Of a stretch of DNA of 60,000 nucleotides, positions 1 through 11,234 are shown piece after piece. The DNA lies in assembly GCA_038087875.1 (NCBI GenBank), contig CM075992.1:5706001-5766000 (forward strand), written 5' to 3'. The translations under genes were made by a program, and so were the position numbers. Numbering within the stretch: position 1 is the first letter of the stretch; each line of letters begins with the position of its first letter. This stretch comes from Malacoraja senta. Its lineage: Eukaryota. Under the pieces are notes generated by a model. It saw only the letters and a list, made by a program, of their open reading frames with translations, ran no database searches and was not told where the DNA came from.

Positions 1-244
1 AGTAAGTCATGAGGGCTATTTTAAGAAAATAATGTACATTTTGAAGTATATTTAATTGAAGTTTCTTGGATGCGGCCTTATTAGATTACAGCTAACTTCC
101 AACATGAAAAGGTTCCCTGCCCCTGGTTTAGGCTTTCTCAGCATCTGATGGCCACACTCCCCGACACTTAGGCTGTCAGCAGTCAGTCTGGTGGAAGATC
201 TCACTTGGTTTGGAGGACAATGACTAGGCCAACACTCCAATACA

Positions 245-1005
245 GCAAAGGCAGATGCAAAATGCGGCAGTAACTCAGCGGGTGAGGCAGCATCTATGGA
301 GCGAAGGAATGGGTGACGTTTCGGGTCAAGACCCTTCTTCACCCATTCCTTCTCTCCTTAGAAGGTACACAAAAATGCTGGAGAATCTATTGCATCCACT
401 GCTCTAGATGTCAGCTGATCTGCATCGGTGAGACCAAGCGGAGGCTTGGCGATCGTTTCGCCGAACACCTCCGGTCGGTCTGCAATAACCAACCTGACCT
501 CCCGGTGGCTCAGCACTTCAACTCCCCCTCCCATTCTGTATCTGACCTCTCTGTCCTGGGTCTCCTCCATGGCCACAGCGAGCAACACCGGAAATTGGAG
601 GAAATGCACCTCATATTCCGCTTGGGCAGTCTACATCCTGTGGGCATGAACATTGAATTCTCCCAATTTTGCTAGCCCTTGGTGTCTCCTCCCCTTCCTC
701 AGCCCTCTGGTTGTCTCCTCCCATCCCTCAGCCCTCGGGCTCCTCCCCCACCTTTTTTCCATTCTTCTCCCCACCCCCTATCAGTCTGAAGAAGGGTTTC
801 GGCCCGAAACGTTGCCTATTTCCTTCGCTCCATAGATGCTGCTGCACCCGCTGAGTTTCTCCAGCATTTTTGTGTACCTTTGATTTTCCAGCATCTGCAG
901 TTCCTTCTTTAACACTTCTCTCCTTAGATGCTGCCTCATCCGCTGAGTTACTCCAACATTTTGTGTCTACCTTCGATTTTGACCAGCATCTGCAGTTCTT
1001 TCTCA
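245..1005. mobile_element. Fold-back Penelope-derived non-autonomous element (minus arm ~245-341, plus arm 341-361 and 928-1005), interrupted by a younger Penelope insertion
   Basis: Minus arm 'gtaactcagcgggtgaggcagcatct...gtttcgggtcaagacccttcttca' is complementary to 'gatgctgcctcatccgctgagttact' at ~927-952. Confidence 0.75.
362..914 (+). mobile_element. 5'-truncated Penelope-like element: C-terminal GIY-YIG endonuclease fragment plus 3' terminal repeat
   Basis: Translation IYCIHCSRCQLICIGETKRRLGDRFAEH...VAQHFN...GMNIEF matches the Penelope GIY-YIG pattern (CxxC, GET, R..EH, HF, GxN). Flanked by the duplication cttctctccttaga (349-362 and 915-928). Confidence 0.85.
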
Positions 1006-2134
1006 CACTACAATACAGCACCCTAAGAGTGAGAGATTATAGTCCATAAAATGCCTCTGAGCTTCCAACATCATGATGGGCGATTGTTCTTCAAAAATAG
1101 TTCTGGACGCACTTTTGGAGATTATGTGGTTGCGTCAGAAATGCAACTCCTTTCCCATAGATCCAGAGTATTCAGGTTCAGATTGATCAAAGTCAGGTTA
1201 TAGGCATCCTAAAGATCCACAAGTGACTTGGGTCCAACTGTAACCTTTCCACCATTATTAATATTTATGTATAAGGTTAACTGCAGTGAGAAATATCTCA
1301 GACAGATCTCAGGCACCTTTAATGATTCAGCGTGATTGCTCAATCATCAAGGGAACCCAATGTCATTTGCTTGGATAATGCGGAAGTTCCTTGTATGTTG
1401 CAAAACATACTTGGCTAATAAAGTAATATTGTATTGTAAGTTAATTTGTTTTGAATCTTCTGTGCCCTGTTCTTTGTTTTAACGACTGCCTTCCCAAGAG
1501 TGCCAGTCATTTGACAAATAAACAATTTAAACCCAGGGATATCAGAGTAGAAACAAGGGACTCATGATGAATTGTTCAACTCCTGCGAAGTACAAATTAT
1601 CTCTATAAGCACAATGAGTCAAAGATTATCAGGAAGAGAGAAGCTTTAGTTTTTTTCCTCTCTCGCTCAACCACAAAGACATCAAACACTCAAGTATATA
1701 CCAGATAAAACAGCCTGCATTTATATAGCTCCTTTAATTGAATAAAATGATTCAAGATTCTTCACAAGAGTGATTATTAAACAATATTTAACACTAGGCC
1801 ACATGAATAGGCATTGGAATAAACTTTTGGTAAGTTGATCAAGAATGCATTTAAGAAGGAAAGTGACATTGGAGAAGGGTCAGCTGGGAAGATGTAAAAA
1901 CAATTTTTGACCTTGTCCATTCTAACCAGGGGATTCTAGGACATCTCATTTAAAACTAGTGAGTACAAGGCCTCCCAGGTTTGTGGCAGAGCTCCCCTCC
2001 TGAAAATTATTCACAACCCAGACAGTTCATGTCGGAAATGGAACCACAAACCCAGTTCCTTCCTTACCCTGGTTCCGCTATCGCCTGCAAGCCGCACGCC
2101 TTTCCTCTCCCTCTCACCATTCCACCAAAATTGG

Positions 2135-3380
2135 TGGAGTTGCAAACAGTGAGGAAGGTTATCAAAGTATACAGCGGGAGATAGATCCGCTGCAGAAACG
2201 GGCGGAGAATAGGCAGACGGAGTTTATTCAGGGCAAGTATGAGGTGTTTGACATCGCAAAGAGATTTGGGATGTGGAATGTAAGTGGACAGCATACAATT
2301 AAAGGCAAGATTTTGAACAGCACTAATGCACAGAGGAGCCTAGTGGTACAAGTCCATAGCTTCCTACCAACGCAAGGAGATAGAGTGGTAAAAACAGCCA
2401 AGGGTATGCTTGCCTTCATAGGTCGGGACATTGAGTATAAGAGTCAGGAAGTCATATTGTATTTTTGTAGGATTGCATTTGGAGTATTCTGTGCAGTTCT
2501 GGTTTACCCATTACAGGAAGGATATGTTGTTTAAGAAGGAACTGCAGATGCTGGAAAATCGAAGGTACACAAAAATGCTGGAGAAACTCAGCGGGTGCAG
2601 CAGCATCTATGGAGCGAAGGAAATAGGCAATGTTTCGGGCCGAAACCCTTCTTCAGACTGATGGGGGGTGGGGAGAAGGAAAAATGCGGAGGAGGAGCCC
2701 GAGGGCTGAGGGATGGGAGGAGACAGCCCGAGGGCTGAGGAAGGGGAGGAGACAGCAAGGGCTAACAGAATTCAATGTTCATGCCCCCAGGATGCAGACT
2801 CCCCAAGCGGAATATGAGGTGCTGTTCCTCCAATTTCCGGTGTTGCTCGCTCTGGCCATGGAGGAGACCCAGGACAGAGAGGTCAGATACGGAATGGTAG
2901 GGGGAGTTGAAGTGCTGAGCCACCGGGAGGTCAGGTTGGTTATTGCGGACCGAGCGGATATGGAGGCTTTGGAAAGGGTGCAAGAGAGGTTTGCCAGAAT
3001 GCCGCTTGGATTAGAGGATATTAACGACAAGGCGGGACAAATTTGGATTGATTTCTCTGGAGCGTCGGAGATTATACATGATAGAAGTATACACATTAAT
3101 GGGAGGCATAAATAGGGTAGACGGTCAGAACCTTTCTCCCAGGGAGGATATATCTAAGACTAGAGGACATAGCTTTGAGAGAGGGGCAAAGTTTAAAGGA
3201 GATGTAAATGGCAAGTTTTTTTTTTAAACAACGGTGTGAGTGCTTCGAACATCCAGCCAGGGGAGGGATAAACGGGCTTTTGGATAGGAACGTGTTTAAG
3301 CAGGGAATGGAGGGATATGGATCATCTGTAGGCAGAGGACATTGTGGGCTGAAAGGACTCTTCCTGCACTATACTGTTCC
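2135..3380 (+). mobile_element. Degenerate CR1-type LINE 3' fragment, split by a Penelope insertion at ~2532-2955
   Basis: Residual ORF2 motifs KAKGMLAFIGRDIEYKS, HLEYSVQFW and ALERVQERFARM; CR1-like 3' tail 'gggctgaaaggactcttcctgcactatact'. Confidence 0.8.
2532..2955 (-). mobile_element. 5'-truncated Penelope-like element (GIY-YIG end plus terminal repeat) nested in CR1
   Basis: Minus-strand peptide RSVRNNQPDLPVAQHFNSPYHSVSDLSVLGLLH...GMNIEF is nearly identical to the copy at 362-914; ggatatg occurs on both sides. Confidence 0.85.
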
Positions 3381-4574
3381 ATCTCCTTTACTAACTACAT
3401 AGGTATTAGTTACTTGCTACCTCCCATCCACATTCTCAGTTCTGATGTAGGGTCTCTATCCAAAATGGCGACTATCCATGTACCTCCACAACTGCGGCCT
3501 GACCCTCTGAGTTCTGTCAGTGGCTTGTTATTTGCTCCACCGATGAATTGTCTTGTTAGGAGTTTATATTAGCTGGAAATGAACGAGTCCTCATGGGAAT
3601 CTGAACATCACCAGACCCTCCCTCCCACCAGAGCCATGCATGAACTCCTGGCATGCACCAGTTGTGCCAGGTGCCCGGATGAATCCATAGTATGCGTGTT
3701 GATACATATCTTCTCCTTATGGCCACCAGATGTTTCAATACCTCGCTATCTGTTCGGAGATTTGTATGGGAACTCAGAACGTATGTAATTACAAGGAATT
3801 GCAGATACACCAACAATGGCCACAATAATGTTGGAGTAAATTGGCGGATCATGCAGCATCCCTGAAGGTGACGTTTCGGGTCGGATCCCTTCTTCAGACT
3901 GATTGTAGGGGGTGGGAAAAAAAGCTCGGAGAGAGGAATATCATGGTTTTGGAAGTGTGGAAATAACTGTGGTACAGAAAGGAAAGAGGGGAGTGGATCA
4001 GAGAGATCAAATTGAAAAAGAGGCAGAACGACAAGTCCTAAGTGTTTCCATCGACCCCTATCCAATCTCTTGAGGCTCTTGAAGTTCATGAATAGCACAA
4101 GTAAAATCACAGATTTATCCTATACAAAATCTTTGAATCTGATACAAAGCACTAATTACTTACCGAGGATCAGATACGTGGAGGCTAGTGCAACCATGAT
4201 CTTCAGAGATGTGATGTGCCAGGCAGCATTTCCTACAAACTGAACACTTTAGCACCGCAGCATTGCTTCATCTCCTCCACAGGAGGTGGTTCCTTCACTG
4301 ATGGGGAATTACATTACTGATATTGTGTAACACTTTTAAAGGGAATTTTTCCCCTAGGTCAGGATTAGAAATGCTTAATCACAGTGTTGGGTTTGGGTGT
4401 GTCAGGTTGACAACAAGCAGAATTCATCTTCGGCAGCAGGGTTGCTTCCAAACTGATTCAGGAATGAACCAAAGTATGTAGGACAGTATTGCATTGCCCT
4501 AAACATCTACCTTTCATTGATTAGGAAGTGTAAATAACTTAACAGTTGTTTTTGGACTGCTTTGCCCACAGAGA

Positions 4575-6336
4575 GTATTCTAAGCGATAAGCATTTGGAC
4601 AAGGACTGATTAAGGATAGTCAGCATGGTTTTGTTCGAAGGATGTTGCGTTCCATGAACCTGATTGAGTTTTTTGAAGATGTGACCAAAAAGGTTGATGA
4701 AGGCAGAGTGTAGATGTATTATATATGGATTTCAATAAAGCATTTGACAAGGTTCGGCATGGTAGGTTGCTGATGAAGGTTAGATCTCAAGGAGAGATAG
4801 ATTCAAGATTCAAGAGTTTATTGTCATGTGTCCCATAGGACAATGAAATTCTTTCTTTGCTTCAGCACAACAGAATATTGTACACATAAATAAATGCAGA
4901 ACAGATCAGTGTGTCCATATACTATTGAATATATATATATGCACACACACATAAATAACCAGATAAAGTGCAGTAGGCTATTAAAGTCCAGATTTTTGTT
5001 TGAGTTTTTAATAGTCTGATGGCTGTGGGGAAGTAGCTGTTCCTGAACCTGGATGTTGCAGATTTCAGGCTCCTGTACCTTCTACCTGGAGGCAGCGGAA
5101 AGATGAGTGTGTGGCCAGGATGGTGTGGGTCCTTGATGATGGTGCCAGCCTTTTTGAGGCAGCGACTGCGATAGATCCCCTCGATGGTAGGGAGGTCAGA
5201 GCCGATGATGGACTGAGCAGTGTTTACAACTTTTTGCAGTCTTTTCTGCTCTATAGCTGAAGGGATAGAAAATTGGCTTCATAAAAAGAAGCAGAGGGAA
5301 TGGTGGAAGGATGTTTTTCAGACTGGAAGCCTGTGACTAGGGGTGTGCCTCAGGGCTCTGTGCTAGGCCCATTGCTGTTTGTCATCTAAATCAACGATTT
5401 GGATGAGAACGTACATGGCATGATTAGCAAGTTTTCAGATGATGCTAAAGTGGGTGGTATTGTAGATACTGAAGATGGTTGTAAAATATTATAACAGGAT
5501 CTTGATCGGTTGGGCAGATGGGCTGAGGAATGGTTAATGGAATTCAATTCAGAGAAAAGTAAGTTGTTGCATTCTGGGAAGTCTAATATGGTCAGGACCT
5601 ACACAATGAATGGTAGTGGCTCTGGGGAGTGTTGTGGTGCAGAGGGATCTAAGAGTGCAGGTGCATAGTTCCTTGAAAGTGGTGTAACAGGTGGTAGGGT
5701 GGTCAAGAAGGCTTTCAGCACATTGGCCTTCTTCAACCAGAATATTGAGTATATAAGTTGAGAGGTCATGTTTCAGTTATATAAGATGTTGGTGAAGCCA
5801 TAATTATAGAGTATTGTGTTCAGTTTTGGTCACCATGTTATTGGAAAGATGTTGTCAAACTTGAAAGGATTCAGAGATTTACCAAAATGTTGCCAGGACT
5901 TGAGGGACTGAGCTAGGGGGAGAGATTGAGCAGGCTATGACTTTATTCTATGGAGCACAGGAGGATGAGGGGTGATTTTATAGAGGTGTACAAAATCATG
6001 AGAGGAATAGATTGGGTAAACGCATAAAAGTATTTTGCCCAGAGTTGGGGAATTGAGACCTAGATGTCATAAGTAAGGTGAGGAGGGGAAAGATTTAATA
6101 GGAACCTGAGGGGTAACTTTTTTACACAAAGGGTGGTGGGTGAGTGCAACAAGCTGCCGGAAGAGGTAATTGAGGCAGGTATGATCGCAACGTTTAAGAA
6201 ACATTTAGACAGGTACATGGATAGCGTAGGTTTAGAGGGATATGGGCCAAAAGCAGGCAGGTGGGACTAGTTGAGGTGGGGCACGTTGGTCGGCTTGGGC
6301 ACGTTGGGCCAAAGGGCCGGTTTCCAAGCTCTATGA
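4575..6336 (+). mobile_element. Degenerate CR1-type LINE (RT region and 3' tail), with a minus-strand LINE 3' fragment nested at ~4800-5250
   Basis: Sequence encodes remnants of QHGF, MDFx[26 protein letters not shown] and EYCVQFWSP, with stops and frameshifts. Confidence 0.85.
4800..5250 (-). mobile_element. Rex1/Babar-like LINE 3' fragment
   Basis: Minus-strand end 'catgacaataaactcttgaatcttgaat' (AATAAA plus short tandem tail), preceded by coding remnant similar to 56950-57190. Confidence 0.6.
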
Positions 6337-6705
6337 CCCAATAATTAAGAATAACATACATAAGAGTTATTGAGTAAACATTTGGATTGCTCAATCTAGA
6401 CTGAATGTATGGCGAAACTGTCATCAAGTGCAGTAGAGATTACATCTATGGGGTTAAATTGGAATATCTCAAATACCGCAGAGGCCGTGATGTTTGGTAA
6501 ACTGCACCTCATTGATGCATTGCTGCCTTGTTACTAATGACTGATGTATGGCAAACAGTTATTTTCAATGACTGGGAGCCTAATATTGCATTCCCTGTGT
6601 TAGTTAAAGGCAGCTGAACCTCTTAAATGGTCCATAAACAATGAGGAAAGTGACCTTTCAATCTTTCTTTGAATGTGTCATTGGCCACATTCAGAATATT
6701 TCACA

Positions 6706-6955
6706 TCTACATTCCTGGGGGCATGAACATTGAATTCTCCCAATTTTGTTAGCCTCCTCCCCTTCCTCAGCCCTCGGGCTGTCTCCTCCCATCCCTCAGC
6801 CCTCGGGCTCCTCCTCCGCCTTTTTCCTTTCTTCTCCTCACCCCCCCCCCCCCCATCAGTCTGAAGAAGGGTTTTGGCCCGAAACATTGCCTATTTCCTT
6901 CGCTCCATAGATGCTGCTGTACCCGCTGAGTTTCTCCAGCATTTTTGTGTACCTT
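6706..6955 (+). mobile_element. Penelope-like 3' terminal fragment nested in a degenerate CR1 (~6640-7570)
   Basis: Near-identical to 632-880; flanked by the 14-bp duplication ttcagaatatttca (6690-6703 and 6954-6967). Confidence 0.85.
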
Positions 6956-8304
6956 CAGAATATTTCATGCAGTTCTGCTTGTCCTATTACAGGAAGGATG
7001 TGGAGCTTTGGAGAGGATGCAGAAGGGATTTACCAGGTTGTCTCTTCTCGCTTTCTTTCCCCCATCGGGATCCTTCTTAGGCAAACGAGATTGTTTTCTC
7101 TGGAGCATTGGAAGATGTATGGTAGAGTGATGGAAGCAGTACTGCTTTCATGAATCTACGGGTTAGTACTGCGTAGTGACACCTCTACAAAAATTAAAAA
7201 CTAGATTGAGGTACAGCAGCCAATAGAATGCGTAAGATGTTAGCACTTTTTGTCTGCAAAAAAAGCGCTGGGTAGAAGTATATAAAATTATGAAACTTAG
7301 AGAGTAGATAATCAGTGTCCTTTTCCCAGAGTGGAAATGTCAAAGGGTATAAGGCAAGTTATTTCAGACTTATAGTGCTAGTTGCCTGGAACACACTGCC
7401 TGGGAAAATGGTGGATATACAATAGCAACATGTAAGAGGCATTTAGACAATAAACATGAACAGGCATGGAATGGAGAGATACTGACCATATGCAGATGAA
7501 TGCAGTTTAAATTGGTGTTATGGTCAGTACTGATATCATGAGCCAAAGTGCCTGATCTTGTGCTGTTCGATGTATTATCTCAACAATTCAGTGGGTTAAA
7601 AAGTAGTATTATAGATAAAAACTATAGTTAAGAGTCTAATTTCTACATCGGCAGTAACAGTATATTTTAATACATCATTTGTAAAGGTTCTACCTATATT
7701 CCTAACATTTTTTGAATCCGATCCTAAACTGGTCCTCTCTACTGCTTGGGTGGCCCTATTCCAGGGGAACTGTTCCAGGCAGAACTGCTTGTTCTCCATG
7801 TCCTGCCAATACTTTGTGCTCAAGAAGCACAAGCAAAGTGATGATTCATTTAATTTGTATGTAAATTGGCTACCACAAATATGTAATAGCAGTGACTGCC
7901 CTTCCAAAGTATTTTACTGGTGGTCTAAAATGTTCTGGAGGTGGGAGAAGTATGATGCCATGCTTCATTATTACCCCGATACATTTGCTTTTCCCTGAAC
8001 TCACCTACTCTCCAAAATGCAATCACATGTCTTCTTCCTGGTTGCTCCTGTAATTACTGCATGCTAACATATAATACTTTTCTTCCTCTCTTGCATCACC
8101 CTTCACAATTGTTCTGATTCATGCATTTGATAGATCTTAGTTAGCCTAGTGTTGCCTCCTGCTGTTGACTTGAGGTGGGTGTAAAGAGAGATGGAAAAAA
8201 AATGTTATGTCTTCCTTTCTTTTGCAGGAATCACAGCTTATTTATTATGTTCTAAGTTCTTGTTCTTTTCCTCACTACATGTTCTATCCATTTCCACTTT
8301 TAAA

Positions 8305-8537
8305 GAAGGTAGACAAAAGTGCTGGAGAAACTTAGCGGGTGCGGCAGCATCTATGGAGCGAAGGAAATAGGCAACGTTTCGGGCCGAAACACTTCTTCAG
8401 ACCCTCTGAAGTCTGAAGAAGGGTTTCGGCCCGAAACATTGCCTATTTCCTTCGCTCCATGGATGCTGCCGCACCCGCTGAGCTTCTCCAGCACTTTTGT
8501 CTACCTTCGAATTTCCAGCATCTGCAGCTCCTTCTTG
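8305..8537. mobile_element. Palindromic (fold-back) Penelope-derived element
   Basis: 98-bp inverted arms 8305-8402 and 8411-8508 with an 8-nt loop; 14-bp duplication tccacttttaaaga (8293-8306 and 8538-8551). Confidence 0.85.
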
Positions 8538-8969
8538 TCCACTTTTAAAGACTTTGGCATATCCAGAAATCTACTCAAAATGTTAATCTAAGGAAATATA
8601 AAATCTACAGCCTGCTTTGAAATTTCTAACCAAATCACCCGTACATTTTATTTTCCTTAATCAATTTCTTTGTGAAATCTGAATATTCCCATTTGATCCT
8701 TGTCTGCATTCTTGAAATTAATCTAACCTTAAGTTTAAATGGTAAAAACAGATCATAGAAGAGCAATCCTAAATCCTAAAATTTCATTAGCTTCTGCCAG
8801 TCCCTAAATGCATTAAGCAAGATGGGAAGGAGGTCTCCTCAGGAAGCCTTTCCCCCGCTTGGTGCTGGTGGTTCAGTTCGTCACCCATCGAATAAGTGAA
8901 ATCCCAGTCAGTTATCATAATTTTTATTTAGAAGATTTGACATATACTACACATATTACAAACAAAATT

Positions 8970-9099
8970 GTTAAAGAAGGAACTGCAGATGCTGGAAAAT
9001 CGAAGGTACACAAAAATGCTGGAGAAACTCAGCGGGTGCAGCAGCATCTATGGAGCGAAGGAAATAGGTAACGTTTCGGGCCGAAACCCTTCTTCAGAC
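8970..9099 (-). mobile_element. Solo Penelope terminal repeat
   Basis: Reverse complement of ~784-912; acaaaatt occurs on both sides. Confidence 0.85.
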
Positions 9100-10673
9100 A
9101 AAATTATTCTTTACATTAATGTCAATTCTCTCTGCTAATTACAAATAGTAGATGCTTGATCTTCAACTCTTAAAAGTTGCAATAATTAAATAACGGTTAA
9201 TACTTATCGTTAAAGGCTTTGACGCATTGGACTGGAAGATTTCGTCCATTGCATGTGTGTATGGCACAATTCAGTCAACAGATCCATTGGATCAATTACT
9301 CTTTTTTTAAGTACTTTGATCAAGTGCTAATTTGACATAATTAGAAATTAGTGCTGCATCAGCTCCAAAACCATCTCACTATCCTTGTTCCGAGTTACCA
9401 CTGTTAAATGGAATTGTGCTTTTTAAATTACAAAATTGACCATCCATCCATTGCACTTCCTTAGTTGGAAAGCACCTTTGTACATGCTGCGATTGTGAAA
9501 TTGCCTATATAACTTTGACAAATGTACTTTGTGCTGAACTATTAGTTGGTGTTTAGCAAGCAGTGAGGTGAAGGGAATTATATAGGTGTAATCTCGCCAC
9601 ATCTTCCACCAAATTTTCATCAAATTGAGTATTCTTTCGTCCATTCACAATAATGCGATATGAAAGCGTTTAAATATTGGAAGATCCATTATCAAAGAAT
9701 GAGGCTTTTAAAAAATTTCGCTGCAGCAGATCTGAGTTGTAAGAGGTAATTTGGGCATGGAATGATTCTACGAGACCACAAGCAATTGATGAGCAAATGC
9801 CGTGTTAAACAATACTAGTTGAGTTAAAGATATTTGTTATGAATGGGAATATCCCTAATCGCCTTTTGAGCTACACCTATTTGGGAGGGCAGAGTTTTAG
9901 GCTTAATCGTTTAAGGCAGATCCAAGAAGATGATGCAAGGAGTATAGGGAGTTCTTAGGCTGCTGATGTTACAGCTGTTGGGATTGGGGGAGAGGGTGAG
10001 CAAGAGTATCGAGGCAAAACTTCCAGGTTTAGTTTAATTTAGTTTAGAGATACAGCATGGAAACAGTTCCTTTGGCCCACCAAGTCTGCGCTGACCACTT
10101 CATTTTAGTTCTGTTATCCCACTCCTTTACAGCTTGGGGCAATTTACCGCGGCCAAATAGCCTACCCCCCCCCCCGCCGAATGACATACTGTCTGGGGAA
10201 GAGTCCCGACTAGAAACGTTACCTACCCATAACCTGCAGAGATGCTGCCTAACCCACTGTTACTCCCGCACTTTGTTTCTTTTTTTGAATCTTAGATTGG
10301 CCTGATTTGTTATTTACAGGCTCGGTATTAGAGAGGCTGCTGTGTAAAAGGCAGGAAACTTAGCCACAGTATTCTGAGATAACAGCGAGTGAACAATGCG
10401 TTGGCATGACAGTTAACTATTATTTTAATAGATAAGCATCTGCAGATCCATTGGGTCCATAATAACCAAGTTCTTGTTTTATAACGAGGATGGAGCCGTG
10501 TGCCATTATGAAGCTCATTATATAACAACATTCAAATAGAAGATTCTAAAATTATTTTTACTAACAAATGTGCAAATTCTTTTCATTCATGATAAATTGT
10601 GTATTCTATAATCTGAAATTAACTATAATTTCACCCAAGTAAAGGTGTGGCATGCGTTTGTGTGGATTCAGGT

Positions 10674-10896
10674 CTACTTGTCGTTTTCCTCCAGGAACGT
10701 CCACATGAGTTTGTTGACCACATCGGGTTCGTCTTGTTGGACCCAGTGGCTGGCCCCAGGCACGACCTTCAGTTGGTATACATTCTGTATGTACTGTTCA
10801 ATGTGCGCAGTCATGCCAACTTCCAGGGCAATATCCTTGTCTCCCCAAATCACCAGGGTGGGTGCCATCACATTGTGGCACTTCGCTGGTTGGTTG
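10674..10896 (-). CDS. EPHX3: Epoxide hydrolase (EPHX3/EPHX4 family) exon 7, with TAG stop
   Basis: Acceptor tattgcag| in phase 2; NQPAKCHNVMAPTLVIWGDKDIALE...GASHWVQQDEPDVVNKLMWTFLEENDK*; contains the catalytic acid region (WGDKD) and His (ASHW). Confidence 0.93.
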
Positions 10897-10938
10897 CTGC
10901 AATAGAAGCAATCACATTCAGTCAACAATGACCAATGC

Positions 10939-11234
10939 TGCAGCACAGTGGCGCAGCAGTAGAGTTGCTGCCTTACAGCACCAGAGACCCAGGTTCCATC
11001 CTAACTATTGGTGCTGTCTGTACGGAGTCTGTATGTTTTCCCTGTGACCGAGTGTGTTTCCTCTGGGTGCTCCAGTTTCCGCCCACATCCCAAAGACATG
11101 CGGGTTTGTAGGTTAATTGGCTTTTGTAAGTTGTCCCTAATTTGTAGGATAGAACTAGTGTACGGGTGATTGTCTGTCGGTGCGGACTTGGTTGGCTGAA
11201 AGGCCTGTTTTCACACTATATCACTAAACTAAAC
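10939..11234 (+). mobile_element. tRNA-derived V-SINE (HE1-like)
   Basis: A box tggcgcagcag, B box ggttccatcc, V-domain 'ctctgggtgctccagtttccgcccacatcccaaagacatg', CR1-like tail ending taaactaaac. Confidence 0.85.

Noticed and set aside
1000..10600. Possible additional gene or NOTCH3 5' end expected from mammalian synteny
   Set aside because: No CpG island, credible exon or recognisable peptide seen; the short ORFs are repeat-derived or random.
10939..11010. tRNA-like sequences (also at 20335 and 52500-52574)
   Set aside because: These are SINE heads with A/B boxes that run into the V-domain and LINE tail; no complete cloverleaf.
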